Below, piece after piece: positions 25,103 to 38,605 of a DNA stretch of 64,000 nucleotides. The DNA lies in contig NC_043020.1 of NCBI RefSeq assembly GCF_006345805.1, positions 9,796,001 through 9,860,000 on the forward strand, read 5' to 3'. Within the stretch, counting starts at the first letter, position 1. Each line of letters opens with the position of its first letter. Origin of the DNA: Octopus sinensis. Its lineage: Eukaryota. The notes under the pieces were generated by a model. It saw only the letters and a list, made by a program, of their open reading frames with translations. It did not search any database and was not told the DNA's origin. The position numbers and the translations under genes were made by a program.

Positions 25103-26879
25103 TTATGTATGATGTTTAACACTGTTCCTCCAAGACCGTTGAGAAAATAATAATATAACTACAGCGAAACCGGTTGTTGGAAGAAGGGAACTTGAGGATG
25201 CACCGAGCAATTGCTGATAAACAAAATTGTAATGTTAGAGGTGTGCAGGGTATGGGAAAAGAAACTGGTTTCAAAGTTGCTAGACTATAAGAGAGCCTTT
25301 CACTGTGTTCCACACTCGTGCGTGTTAGGAGGGCTTCGTCTTGCTAAATTGCCAGAGAGTATAATCAAAGTCGTAGCTGACCTGATTTCTACCAAGGCAC
25401 ACACCATTAACAGGCTCAGGATGTAAAGCAAAGGAGAAAAGCGGCTACAAATATATCACTTGCATTGACTTGTAAACATCTTTCTTGCAACATATGCGGT
25501 CTTCTTTGCAAATCGTTGGCGGGGCTCAAATGTCACATTTACCATACGTATCATGAGTGACAAAGAAACTGTAGGTAATCGGATCCTCATACATTCAAAC
25601 CTATATATATATAGGACAGACCAATCTCATCAGATATTGGGAGAAGAGTTATTCAGAAGTTGGGTCCACCCTACGTGCTCACGAATCTTAAATTCATATG
25701 GGGTTGAGTAAAGCTTATTAAAATATATGTACTTCTTAACTTCCTATCAAACGTGTACTATCTATCTATCTATCTATCTACCTATAGGCGCAGAAGTGGC
25801 TGTGCGGTAAGTAGCTTGTTTAACAACCACATGGTTCCGGGTTCAGTCCCACTGCGTGGCACCTTGGGCAAGTACCTTCTACTATAGCCTCGGGCTTGAA
25901 GTTAAATATAAGGAGTGTATTGTCACTTGTAAAATACGGTGTTGCAGAGATATATTCAAAGGGGATGGCCTCTCTGTGATGTTGTTCATACTTTCAGAAA
26001 ATCCTTTTCATTTAGTTGAGGAAGCGTGAAGGATTTCTCATTGGTTCACAAAGGGACAGAAATATCAAAATTACCCATTGTTTTTTTTGTGGATGACTTG
26101 ATGCAGTGTGTTAGGTATACTCTTTTACTCTTTTACTTGTTTCAGTCATTTGACTGTGGCCATGCTGGAGCACCACATTTTTAGTCGATCAAATCGACCC
26201 CACGACTCATTCTTTGTAAGCCCAGTACTTATTCTATCGGTCTCTTTTGCCGAACCGCTAAGTTTCGGGGACGTAAACACACCAGCATCGGTTGTCAAGT
26301 GATGTTGGGTGGACAAACACAGACACACCAAACATATACACACACATATATATATACATACATATATACGACGGGTTTCATTTAGTGTCCGTCTACCAAA
26401 TCCACTCACAAGGCATTGGTCGGCCCGAGGCTATAGTAGAAGACACTTGTCCAAGGTGCCACGTAGTGGGACTGAAATTCGGAACCATGTTGTTGGTAAG
26501 CAAGCTACTTACCACACAACCACAACAAGAGCCTTGGCCTCGTTACAACATTCCCAAAGGATATGAGGTTATAGTTTTGCCAGGATAAATTTCCCTATTT
26601 GATTGTGAAACGGGAGAAAACTGTAAACCGTATATATTAGCAGCATTTTCATCAATGACTTAACTGCTTTTCTTATGTCTGATGAGGAATGTTAAGGGTA
26701 CCTAGAAATGTTAATGGTACCTAGGAATAGTATCAGTTACAAGAAACGCGTCACTAAAGAATATAACAGCCGGGTGAGAAAAATATGGATCTCCGAACCC
26801 CCTGCATTCAATATTTTGAACATTTGACCAATTTGATTGGCTACTTTGTGAGATCTAAGCCACTGATATGAGCGTCCGA

Positions 26880-27290
26880 AAGATACTGACCAGCACAGAT
26901 TATTTTCACATTAATGATAGAGACTGCCTCTAAAAGAAATACAAGGGGACAGAGGCTTAAAATCGATCCAGACTGGATTTTAATGTCACATTATATCCCT
27001 TTAGCTCCCTTTTTAAACCATCAAGTACATCCTTTGCCCAGGTTTCTATACATGAAGCATATAACATCATGTAAATTGGGTAGCAGCTCCTCAAGAAACG
27101 TTGTGGATCCGTGGAATAAGCTGCCGGACGAGTTAGTGAAGATGCCGACAACCGCTCGGTTCAAAGTCTCTCTTGACCAGAAAGGGCCTGAACTCTTTGC
27201 ATGAACACCCTCCCTGTACATAACTCCATGGCCCCCTACATGGTCTGGCTTTTTGCTTTTTGAGCCAAAAAGTTAACTTAACTTAACTAT
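26880..27290 (+). mobile_element. 3' end of the same CR1-like LINE family
   Basis: VDPWNKLPDELVKMPTT and 3' UTR match the reverse complement of 49660-49900; TTAAC tail. Confidence 0.85.
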
Positions 27291-28049
27291 CCCCTGTCTG
27301 ATAAACTTGAATATATACCCGTATAAGGAGTACGGGTGGAATGTATTTTATCGGTGGAAACCTTAATAAAACGCAATAATAATACACCAGACATTGTGAT
27401 TTGGGACGGATAAGAGAAACTATGTACGGTAGCAGAAATCAACTGCTCGACGGGTGTCACCATGGTGCTAAAGATAAGCAAGGGCTATTGAAGTATCGAA
27501 AAATTTACAGCTACTCTACCTGGATTAAAATTTCTGATTTATACCCGTAATTATTGGGACAGTAGGATATGTAACGAAATGCCTCATCACCAGTGTTCAG
27601 AAATTATTGTTCTCAAAGTCAGAGAGGAGAAAAATAATTATAAGGTTACAAATATGTTGTCAATAGAATTGTTAAATTATGTAAAACTTTCGAAAAGTTC
27701 AGCATTTAAAGATACATGCGTATGTCTAGATATGTAACTATATGCATAATAATACATACGTAAAGCAAAACATACAAATCTATACATACATTGCCTCCAA
27801 ATATTGAACATATACGCACAAATATACCCAAATGTCTCGTTAATGTTTAAAATTCCAGATGGAAGTGTCTTGCATCTAGGTTAGAAGTCAACGCTTTCTA
27901 CCTTACCAAGAAATCTAGAAATGAAATTAAATTATAAATTATAACATACATACATACATACATAATACATACATACATACATACATACATACATACATAC
28001 ATACATACATACATACATACATACATTCATACAACATACATACATACAT

Positions 28050-28600
28050 GGTGGCTGCCCCCTCGTTATCGAGTATGGCCATTGCACGAAGCTTAATCAA
28101 TGTTGTTATCGTGCAATGCCTGTGCAAGAAGATTTTTTTTTTTAAGTGAGGAAAGGCTGTGCACTGAGTCAATCCCACACACTAAGCAACAGCAGCCATA
28201 ATCCGAAAAGAAGAACAAGTCAACATCATCGGTAACCACTGAGCCGCAGGTTTTATGTCGGAGTTATCCCAGTTACCTGAGTTACCTTCTCCTAGAAGGA
28301 TGCCCTAACAAAGGCTAGGAGTCCTTTACTCCCAATGGTTTAACCGCGCCATCGGGTATTCAGTTCGATTATTTCTGTCCCCGCGCATGATCTGCCTTAA
28401 GACATTTATTGGATGACCGTTGACTCTCAAGAGTTCCTCCGCCCTTTGACGGGTTTTGTTTTTCACCCCTCAGGGTGTCCAATAAACACCCTCCTCACCA
28501 AGCAAGCTTGGTAGGGTTGCCGGTTTAGTCGCCGACGACCCGACCATGCAACAGGTTGTACTGGGTTACATGTTACCAGTAGCACTCGAAAGTGACCTGA
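28050..28600 (-). mobile_element. Second copy of the repeat at 2335-2900
   Basis: Reverse-complement match. Confidence 0.7.
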
Positions 28601-29639
28601 CATAACATACATACATACATACATACATACATACATACATACATACATACATACATACATACATACATACATACATACATACATGATACATACATGAGGT
28701 TGATAACAACATGAAACTTGGGAAGCAGCTCTTTGAGCAGTATTCCTTGTCTGATAACCTTAGATATATACCCAAAGAAGTCGCACGACTCTATTGCAAC
28801 ATATAATCAGATGAAAGGATGAGCTTATATCAGCTGCAGACCATGTACAGATATGTTACCAGAAAGCTCTGGGATGATAGTAACCTTGATTATCGAAGCA
28901 GTCTATCATGGGCCAAAAATCAGATTACTAATTTCCATTTTGAAAAGTATACAGGGACGGGAAATGTCAACCAAAAGGGATAGCGATGCAGGAAAAGAAC
29001 AAAAGGGATAATGTCGCCGGAAAAGCACCCAAATCTGATAACCGATGCAGACTTTGCGGAGTTAACATCGAAGATATCTCCCACATCATAAGCAGCTGTT
29101 CGAAAATGTCATCATGGTATCATCTATCAATGAGACATGATATTGTATTTAAGTCAGTCACTGTATAATGAGATCTGTCGGAAGGATAACCCTGAAGTCA
29201 AAGAAATAAGAACCCATAGTATGGTAGAAGGCATAGCCACTCATAAAAAGGAGTACTGTTGCAATGTCCCAGAGAAAATCGCAAAATGTAAACATAATAT
29301 ACCTGACATAGTGATCTGAGATAAAGAAGAAAATCTGTGTACAGTTGTGGAAATCAGCTGTCCAGTGGATGTTAAAATAAAGCTAAAGATCAGCAAAAAA
29401 GAAAATTCTGAAGTATTGAGAAATCTACATTTATTCTTCACAGATTACAAGTTCAGGTTTATATCTGTAATTATTGGGACGCTTGGATATGCAACATACA
29501 GCCTAAGTACCAGTCTTGAGAAATTAGGTTTCTCAAAACCAGAAAGGAGAAAGCTGATTCGAACACTACAAATCCAAGGAATCACTGGAACAGTAAAGAT
29601 CTGTAAGCCTTTCCAGAAGTTTATTATTTAAGTATATAT

Positions 29640-29872
29640 ATTTCTTTACTATCCACAAGGGGCTAAACACAGAGAGGACAAACAAGGACAGACAAACGGA
29701 TTAAGTCGATTATATCGACTCCAGTGCGTAACTGGTACTTAATTTATCGAACCCGAAAGGATGAAAGGCAAAGTCGACCTCGGCGGAATTTGAACTCAGA
29801 ACGTAGCGACAGACGAAATACGGCTACGCATTTCGCCCAGCGGGCTAACGTTTCTGCCAGCTCGCCTGCTTC
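29640..29872 (-). mobile_element. SINE family 2 copy with ~16-bp TSD attatttaagtatata
   Basis: TSD visible on both sides; inserted at the stop codon of the R4-like LINE remnant. Confidence 0.85.
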
Positions 29873-30416
29873 ATTATTTAAGTATATATGCACATGTCTA
29901 GACATGCAATTGTATACCTATGAATACATATATAAAACAAAAACATTCCAAATATTGCACATATGCATATATGCACATGCGCAAAAGTACCCTGTTGATG
30001 TTGAAATCCCAATGAAGGATCTTGGTTTCTAACCGAGACAGATGGATCTAGGTTAGAAACCAACTATTTCTCTGTTGGCAAGAAATCTTTAAAAAAAATT
30101 GAATAATGACATACGTACATACATAAATATAATTAGTTTTTTTTTTAATAAATGCCTACCTATCTGTCTGGATAAGATTTGATTTTCAGAAAAAGAAATC
30201 AACCTATTCGCACATTATAAATACAATCTGTTAGCGGAACAGTAATATTCTGCAAGACTTTTCTGAGGTTTAATATGTGACATTGTTTTCGTTATCTACA
30301 TAACAAAGATTGAGCTTTGTACCTCTGTTAGAAACCAGCTCTTTCTACAGAGCAAGAATTTAAATAATTAAAAACAGACGCGGCACATACATACATACAT
30401 ACATACATACATACAT

Positions 30417-30455
<39 letters not shown>

Positions 30456-30458
30456 CAT

Positions 30459-30543
<85 letters not shown>

Positions 30544-30562
30544 TACACACACACACACACAC

Positions 30563-30598
<36 letters not shown>

Positions 30599-30625
30599 AC
30601 ATACATACATACATACATACATACA

Positions 30626-30659
<34 letters not shown>

Positions 30660-31025
30660 GCTACGTGATGATAGCAACATCGATCATCAAAGCAGTTTAT
30701 CATGGGCCAATAGCCGGATTACAATCTCTCACCTTGATGGGTATACGTTTGCAATCCAGGAACAGGAAATATCAACCAAGTACTTAATGCACAAAAGGGA
30801 TAGAGATGCTGGTAAAGCCGTAAAGTGTGACAACCGGTGCAGACTTTGTAGAGTTCACACTGAAGATATCCCCCACACCATAAGCAGTTGTCCGAATATG
30901 TCATCACGGTATTAACTACCAATGAGATATGACGTTGTAGCTAGGATACTCTATAATGAAATCCGTCGGAAGGATTGTCCCGAGGACAAAGAAATAAGAA
31001 ACCACAATATGGTAGGAGCCAAATA
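30660..31025 (+). mobile_element. R4/Dong-like LINE fragment (CCHC region)
   Basis: QEQEISTKYL...CRLCRVHTEDI; related pieces at ~49020-49640 (-), 60905-61060 and 61320-61800. Confidence 0.65.
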
Positions 31026-31271
31026 ACACCACCACCGACGAGAAACAGCACTACAGCACCAGTAAGCTACTTAAGAAGACGTAAATCTTCTTGCCGTTTT
31101 ACTTGGGTTCTACGTGTAAACCAAGATCTACTTCAATACTAGAAAAAACCCGCGAAAACCCTTTTATCGAATATACGAAACTGTTAAAAAAATTCTAGGG
31201 TGAAGCTCACCCCAACTTAAGCACGATTCCCGCGAAACAACTTCGACAACAGGCATCTTTCTTTTAAAATC

Positions 31272-31433
31272 GCAGGAGTGGCTGTGTGGTAAGTAGCTTG
31301 CTAACCAACCACATGGTTCCGGGTTCAGTCCCACTGCGTGGTATCTTGGGCAAGTGTCTTCTGCTATAGCCCCGGGCCGACCAAAGCCTTGTGAGTGGAT
31401 TTGGTAGACGGAAACTGAAAGAAGACTGTCGTA

Positions 31434-31532
<99 letters not shown>

Positions 31533-31745
31533 GGGTTTATGTGTCTTGTGTTTGTCCCCCTAGCATTGCTTGACAACCGATGCTGGTGTGTTTACGTCCC
31601 AGTCACTTAGCGGTTCGGCAAAAGAGACCGATAGAATAAGTACTGGACATACAAAGAATAAGTCCCGGGGTCGATTTGATCGACTAAAGGCGGTGCTCCT
31701 GCATGGCCGCAGTCAAATGACTGAAACAAGTAAAAGAGTAGAAGA
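31272..31745 (+). mobile_element. SINE family 1, near full-length copy
   Basis: A/B-box-like head gcaggagtggctgtgtggt...ggttcagtccc; (AAGAGT)n tail. Confidence 0.85.
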
Positions 31746-31769
31746 GTAAAGAGTAAGAGTTACTTTCGT

Positions 31770-32236
31770 GATGTAAATCAATCTTCTCAAAACATAGAGA
31801 ACTGGCCAAAACCTGTCAGAAGAAAGATCGAAAATAATGCAAGCAAATTGCTGCCGCCATCACGGACTTATTATGTCTCTCTAAATATAAATGAGTTAGC
31901 AGAGACCTTTGCGGATTCCATGGACAGCGAGGCTCACCAATGGAGAAGTTCTTTAGCAGATAAGGCCGAAAATGTCGCTAGAAGCTAGGATCACCAAGCA
32001 TAGATTGGACATATTTCGGTCATATTATGCGGAGAAAATCCCTGGAGAAGGACATCATGCTCAAAATGTTCAGTAGCAAGAGAGGAAGAGGTCGACCAAG
32101 AACCCGCTGGCTTGACACCATCAAGAGTGATACCGGAATGGACATGGCCAGTCTGAAAGAAGCGGCCCAGGATAGAACTGTCTGGAGGACACTGATCCAA
32201 CGAGTGCCCGAGAGTCGACTTCGACTGAGCGGTTAG
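31770..32236 (+). mobile_element. RTE-clade LINE 3' fragment, same family as 3097-3303
   Basis: RRKSLEKDIML...RGRGRPRTRWLDTIKSDTG. Confidence 0.85.
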
Positions 32237-32493
32237 AAGAAGAAGCAGAGACAGCTATGGAATATATTTGCTTTGGAAGGTTTCCGACCACTCCTCAAGT
32301 GACTAAAGGTGGACTGAATCATTACTATAAATTAAAGAACTATGAGCGACTGAAAGAAAAATTGTAAAATTTAAGCATATTATTAATGTAAGGCTACCCA
32401 CCGATATGTATTCCGAAAATGTGAAGGCCTTTGTGGTCGACAAAGGCGCATACAAGAGACTGAGAGACATGTGCGGAGACAAGATTGACCCGC

Positions 32494-32729
32494 CCGGAAG
32501 GCGGCGAACTGGCAGAAACTTTAGCGTGCCGGACGAAATGCTTTGTGGTGTTTCGTCTGTCGCTACGTCGTGAGTTCAAATTCCGCCGAGGTTGACTTTG
32601 CCTGTCATCCTTTCGGGGTCGATAAATTAAGTACCAGTTACGCACTGGGGGTCGATATAATCGACTTAATCCGTTGTATGTCCTTGTTTGTCCTCTCTGT
32701 GTTTAGCCCCTTGTGGGCAGTAAAGAAAT
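32494..32729 (+). mobile_element. SINE family 2 (Nin/Deu-like central domain) with 13-bp TSD aagattgacccgc
   Basis: gactttgcctttcatcctttcggggtcgataaattaagtaccag core; other copies at ~565-780, 3475-3695, 13140-13670, 19520-20150, 21155-21750 and 37052-37278. Confidence 0.85.
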
Positions 32730-33055
32730 AAGATTGACCCGCTCGAAGTGTTGATGGAGTTCGACGAACAGCCACCCGTAGTTGAACTCAGAGACATGGA
32801 GCCTTACATGTGGTATTAAAATGGAAAATAAAGAGTAAGTAAAATTGTTTTGTTGAAAGAAAAAAAAGAAAAAGTAAAAGTGTTTCATGAAAAAAAAAGA
32901 GGAAAAAAAACGATGATTAAGAAGAAACAATAGAAAAATAGAACGCTTGTAAATAGTGTATATAAACGTTCAAATGGTACTGCATGGGAATGGGGCCCAT
33001 GCAGCTATTTCATTTCTTCATTTTCATATATTATTTCATTCTCATTCGTTCTATG

Positions 33056-33473
33056 GGATCTTTTCGGTTTGAACAGCAGTTTTTTCTAGCGGTGTCATAT
33101 GAAATTGTCATCCATAATTATGACCCTAGTATCGATCTATTGCATTTCAATCTGTTTTAGGGTTAGGGTTAGGGGTGGGGGGAAGGTATCTTTTTTTTCT
33201 TCAGAAATGTAAATAAACCCAATCTGTTTCTTAAACGAGGGACATATTCATACGGCACAGAATGTTTTTTACCTCAATAGACGTCCGTAATTAGTTGAAA
33301 TTGAAGAAATTGAAGAAAAAAAAACAACAAATATCTTACGAACTATAGAATTTTCTCAATAAAGCCGAGAGAAAAAGATGTTTTATAAACACATTCTACC
33401 AGTATACGAAGTTTAAAAGTGTTTAGTTACCTAGAAATTATGTTAAAAACTACCGTTCAAACCGAAAAGATCC
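33056..33473. mobile_element. Related shorter MITE of the same family
   Basis: ggatcttttcggtttgaac / gttcaaaccgaaaagatcc TIRs; 8-bp TSD gttctatg / gttttatg; (TTAGGG)3 inside. Confidence 0.75.
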
Positions 33474-33828
33474 GTTTTATGTTTTATGTCCCCATTGTGG
33501 TGTTGTGTCTGTCCTGTCCTTGTAGTGTCCCCCTCTGTGTTGTGGCCGTGGTGCCGAATAAAGAAATTCGTGTTAGTAGCAGTTAGACGCGCAGATTTGA
33601 GTTGAGTTGCTGATAACGGAGTGTTTTTATTGTAAGCGAGAGTATTTGTTACTGTTCGAATTGTTGATATTGTAAATTGTTGGGTTTTTTCCTCCATTGG
33701 TGGGGAAATGGAGAAAACGCCAGCGGGCGGCCACAGTTATGCGGCCGCAACTAGAAAATAAATAGAAGAGGAAACGTTGGAAATAATTGAAATTAAGGTA
33801 GAACCAAGGAAAATGAAGGAGTGGTGCA

Positions 33829-33991
33829 GGAGTGGCTGTGTGGTAAGTAGCTTGTTAACCAACCACATGGTTCCGGGTTCAGTCCCACAGCGTGGCACCT
33901 TGGGCAAGTGTCTTCTACTATAGCCTCGGGCCGACCAAAGCCTTGTGAGTGGATTTGGTAGACAGGAACTGAAAGAAGCCCGTCGTATATA

Positions 33992-34035
<44 letters not shown>

Positions 34036-34221
34036 TATAGAAGGAGTTTCTACAGGACTAGAACTGTTTCATTCAAAAGAATCATCTTCCTGATGATTTC
34101 TTTGAATGAAACAGTTCTAGTCCTGTAGAAGCTCCTTCTATATAATAAATTATTTTACTCTGCTATGTATTGAGTACCTTATTTACTGTGGTTAACCCCG
34201 ACTCAACCCGGGACCTACATG

Positions 34222-34305
<84 letters not shown>

Positions 34306-34535
34306 GTGTATGTGTGTGTGTTTGTGTGTCTGTGTTTGTCCCCTTAGCATTGCTTGCCAACCGTTGCTGGTGTGTTTATGTCCCCGTAACTTAGCGGTTC
34401 GGCAAAAGAGACCGATAGAATAAGTACTGGGCTTACAAAGAATAAGTCCCGGGGTCGATTTGCTCGACTAAAGGTGGTCCAGCATGGCCGCAGCCAAATG
34501 ACTGAAACAAGTAAAAGAGTAAAAGAGTAAGAGTG
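33829..34535 (+). mobile_element. SINE family 1 copy interrupted by a palindromic insert, itself within a LINE ORF1-like remnant (~33700-34870)
   Basis: Head at 33829, tail at 34535; flanks read MEKTPAGGHSYAAA and continue after the SINE. Confidence 0.7.
34024..34153. repeat. Near-perfect ~130-bp palindrome inside the (AT)n tract of a SINE
   Basis: About 60-bp arms, 5-nt centre ttcct. Confidence 0.9.
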
Positions 34536-35196
34536 TCTGCTGAGGTTACTGGAGAAAGTGGGGGAGATACGTTGAAGTTCACGCCACCTGCAGAACTGAC
34601 AAGCAATGTAACAAAACAAACAGTTATATTTAGTTATAGAGATTGCGACAGTGGAGAAAATTGAAGAGGTTTTGAAAAGCATAAAAAAACTAACGATATA
34701 TATATAACAAGAGGAGGAGATATACCACCGTGAAGGTGCGCTTTGCGACAGAGGAACAGGCAATCAAGCACGTAACGGAGAGAATAAGATCGGAGGAGTG
34801 GGTAACTGGCAGAGAAAATGGAATGCTCCCACACTGCTATAAAGAAGCATCGTCACTCGATGGCAAAGGTTCAGAAGTATGGAGCGTGGGTTCTGCTCGC
34901 TTTAAGTGGCAACAACAAAATTCAACGAGCCACAATTTAGGTGTATTGCTAAAGTCGGTATTGGAACTGCGCGCATATTGCGAGACAATACTGTCTGTTA
35001 TATCGACCCCAGTGCGTAACCAAGATAAAATGAAATATAAAGAAGTTGTTTCTTAAAATTACATATTCCTTCGGTTCACGTTTAAATGTAACCTTTTTAC
35101 ATTTTCATTATATATTTTGTTACACGGCTACATTATTTACTTTCCTACTTTCTTCCATTTAAATTGTATTTTGAAATGGTTGACACTTGTAAATGG

Positions 35197-35568
35197 TGTG
35201 GAGGCGCAATGGCCCAGTGGTTAGGGCAGCGGACTCGCGGTTTCGATTCCCAGACCGGGCGTTGTGAGTGTTTATTGAGCGAAAACACCTAAAGCTCCAA
35301 GAGGCTCTGGCAGAGATGGTGGTGATCCCTGCTGTACTCTTTCACCACAACTTTCTCTCACTCTTACTTCCTGTTTCTGTTGTACCTGTATTTCAAAGGG
35401 CCGGCCTTGTCACTCTCTGTGTCACGCTGAATATCCCCGAGAACTACGTTAAGGGTACACGTGTCTGTGGAGTGCTCAGCCACTTACACGTTAATTTCAC
35501 GAGCAGGCTGTTCCGTTGATTCGGATCAACCGGAACCCTCATCGTCGTAACCGACGGAGTGCTTCCAC
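35197..35568 (+). mobile_element. tRNA-headed SINE family 3 with 13-bp TSD cacttgtaaatgg; related copy at ~62475-62785 (-)
   Basis: ggaggcgcaatggcccagtggttagggcagcggactc head; TSD at 35184-35196 and 35569-35581. Confidence 0.85.
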
Positions 35569-35617
35569 CACTTGTAAATGGCAATAATTTCTTATTTCAG
35601 CATTAAAATTATATTTT

Positions 35618-36137
35618 ATTATTAAATCTCAGAACGAGAAGTAAACAGTAATCGCTCGACAATGTAAAGTATAAAAGCTATCTCAATATGGCTAACCACA
35701 AAGGGTGGGGGGGTGTTACTGTAGCGTTTTAGCCCCAGGAGATCTTTGTCTCCAGCTGGCTTTAGACACACTTTCTGTGCCCTTAAGGTATTTGCAAAGG
35801 GAGGCCATCCCTTTCTCGTAAGCCTCAGTGATACGCACCGGACCGGTTTCGAGATTATTGTCTCTTATCAACGGGCGGTAATCACCAGATTACGATGAAA
35901 GACAAGGCCTGTTTGCAAATATATAAGAGTTTTTCTAGTGACGTCTGCCACTGATTTCGAAAAACTGACTGCAAGCATTATTAAATCTCAGAACGAGATG
36001 TAAACAGTAATCGCTCGACAATGTAAAGTATAAAAGCCATCTCAATATGGCAAACCACAAAGGGGGGTGTTACTGTAGCTTTTCAGCCCCGGAGATCATC
36101 GTCTCCAGCTGGCTTTAGACACACTTTCTGTGCCCTT
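35618..36137 (-). mobile_element. Retrozyme/Penelope-like element, about 1.45 monomers of ~355 bp, same family as 18323-18748 in opposite orientation
   Basis: About 165-bp direct repeat (35618-35784 and 35977-36137) bracketing a hammerhead; homologous to the reverse complement of 18323-18748. Confidence 0.65.
35828..35885 (-). ncRNA. Minimal type I hammerhead ribozyme (candidate, U3-A8 variant)
   Basis: TTGATAA core, stem II GAGA/TCTC, GAAAC-CG-GTC, about 13-bp bulged stem I; cleavage predicted between 35841 and 35840. Confidence 0.7.
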
Positions 36138-38145
36138 TAAAATATATTTTAATTTTACACCAAGTCGGCCAAGTTCCAGTAACAGAAGATGCACATTCCC
36201 AGCTGGCTGAAAACATTTAAGACCTATCTACGTCGAAAACACATTGTTTTTGTTGATGAAATACGCGTGTACCAACCAGTGTTTGCTAATCTACATTGAC
36301 TAATTACGAAATTTTTGTTTGTAACGGGGAATTCATTCGATTTACATATGTAACGCTGATAATTATTCATCTCCAACGTAATTGATATAAAATAAAAGAA
36401 TCAAAGATTAGGAGTATCAAGGGAAGTAATTCCAGAAAATAAATCAAGATTACATGGAAGGTAGACAAATCATGTCTGCATTATTATTGTGTTTTACCAC
36501 AGTCTATCTACGCTATGACGCTGAATGTTCGTTTATCCAATGCACATATTCATAATTTAATTTGACAAACATTGGGTCCTTCATTGATTTGGTTACGTTA
36601 TTCAAAGACAACGTCAAATAAGCATTGGGACATGAAAGTTCAACTTTTACGACAGAATGGAAGAATACGTCGGAGTATGTTTTGCATTTTGCCTTAACTA
36701 TACTAAATGTAAAAGATTGGCATGCAATGCCGGACGAAATGAATGACTATGTTTGGTCACCTCACTATATGCTGTGCGAGCCTATTCTTTTATTCTTTCA
36801 ATGGTTTCAGTCGCCGGACTGCGGCCATGCTGTAGCACAGCTTTTGTTTTTTTTTTATTTTTAGTTTTGTTGTTTTTATAATTGAAAGATGATCGAATTT
36901 GCAGTTGCCTCTCTTCCCTGATTGTATCCTTCAATGGTTGGTTGGTTCAGTATCGTCGTTAGAAGGACATCCAATGCTTTCGGGAAAGTTACAGTAAAGG
37001 TCCCTTTTATATTTCCAATCTCTTTGGGAAAGCAGTTGAATACTTGAGGACCGCTGGCAGAAACGTTAACACGCCGGGCGAAATGCTTAGCGGTATTTCG
37101 TCTGCCGCTATGTTCTAAGTTCAAATTCCGCCGATTTCGACTTTGCCTTTCATTCTTTCGGGGGTCGATAAATTAAGTATCAGTTACGCACTGGGGTCGA
37201 TGTAATCGACTTAACCCCTTTGTTTGGCCTTGTTTCTCCCCTCTATGTTTAGCACCTTGTGGGCAATAAAGAAATAAGAATGGTACAGTAGAGTGTTTTA
37301 ACTCTTGAGTTTGGATAAGGGTATATTTGGAAGCTGACAGTACCCAACGGTTCGAGCATTAAAATTCGCCTTATTGCCAGCTGCTGCAGTCAAGTTTGTT
37401 TTCTATCCTTTCTGTGTTTGTAAACTATACGCGTATGTGTGCCTACATGCATGTGTGTGTGTGTGTGTATGTGTGTGTGTGTTTGTGTGTGTATGTTGTG
37501 GAGCATCAAGTTATATTTGAAGGAGTCATCAGCAAAATTTCGAAGTATAAAACTCTTCTGTGAGCGAATAAATCAAGGAATTGATACTCTCAGCGTAGTT
37601 ACTCTCTTTTACTCTTTACTCTTTACTCTTTTACTTGTTTCAGTCATTTGACTGTGGTCGAGAAAATCGACCCCAGAACTTATTCTTTGTAAGCCTAGTA
37701 CGTAAACTATCGGTCACTTTTGCCGAATCACAAACACAGACACACAAACACACGTATATATATACATATAATTATATACGACGGGCTTCGTTCAGTTTCC
37801 GTCTACCAAATCCACTCACAAGGCTATATAAGAAAACACTTGCCCAAGGTGCCACGCAGTGGGACTGAACCCGGAACCACGTGGTTGGTAAGCAGGATAC
37901 TTACCACACAACCACTGCTGCGCCTTGTGAAAATTACTTTATATTCGACGCACCGATTGGAACTTCCTGCAACAATGCATATGCATGCAGACAAAAGAGG
38001 CAATACACACGTACACACACCACCAGAGCACAAACATACATACACGCACGAGATCGCGCACACACAGCCACACGCAGATACACGCGCACACACTCGCAAG
38101 CCGGCTCTCACACACGCACACACAGACACATAAACACACAGACAG

Positions 38146-38177
<32 letters not shown>

Positions 38178-38605
38178 ATCAATGTAGCCGAGCAGACTAT
38201 CAGATTGTTAAACACGCTGGACAAAATGCTTCCAATTGTTTCTTTTGGATCTTGGCCCAAATGCTTCAACTAAACCGTCTTCCCAAGCTCATGGAGTCTT
38301 GTTGTGACGCAAATAGAATAAGCTTGTTCAATGTCCTTCGCAGTAGTAACGAAGCCCTACACTTAAAGGCTGCGTGGCAAACTTTGTGAATATACATCCC
38401 TTATAAATGAATATATTTTCGTATTTTTTATGTGTTTTGAATGGGAGATAAAATCAAACAAAAACCAAAAAAAAAAAAGAGGAAAGACGGCAGTGGTATA
38501 GTTTGCGAAAGAGTTTATTAAGAAGAAATGAAACGTTTCTCAAAGATTAGAATGTCAGGAGTCGTTATTCAGAAGGTCCAGTTCAAGTATTCCACAGAGA
38601 TTTCT

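Larger units (their letters stand above)
25110..29632 (+). mobile_element. Fragmented R4/Dong-like (RT plus restriction-like endonuclease) LINE with nested SINE, CR1 and RTE insertions
   Basis: LDYKRAFHCVPH (~25280), GIF.GD.LS (~25950), CRLCG..EDISHIISSC, RHD, PDIVI and EISCP (28990-29400). Confidence 0.7.

Noticed and set aside
24118-25122. Many ORFs of MYVC/HTYI, IYIY, LSIY, poly-I, poly-N and poly-M type here and across the window
   Set aside because: Translations of microsatellites.
25480-25560. C2H2-like motif CNICGLLCKSLAGLKCHIYH (similar at ~63320-63380) as a zinc-finger gene
   Set aside because: Isolated single fingers without splice context, resembling the C-terminal tail of RTE-type LINEs.
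25785-25870. tRNA-like sequences at SINE heads (also 31272, 33829, 35197, 62135)
   Set aside because: A/B boxes are present but there is no full cloverleaf, and each continues into a SINE body.
26678-26725. CTGATGA...GAAA as a hammerhead
   Set aside because: No convincing stem II or stem III pairing; lies within an R4-like LINE fragment.
33157-33175. TTAGGG repeats as a telomere or chromosome fusion site
   Set aside because: Only about three units, internal to a TIR element with a TSD.
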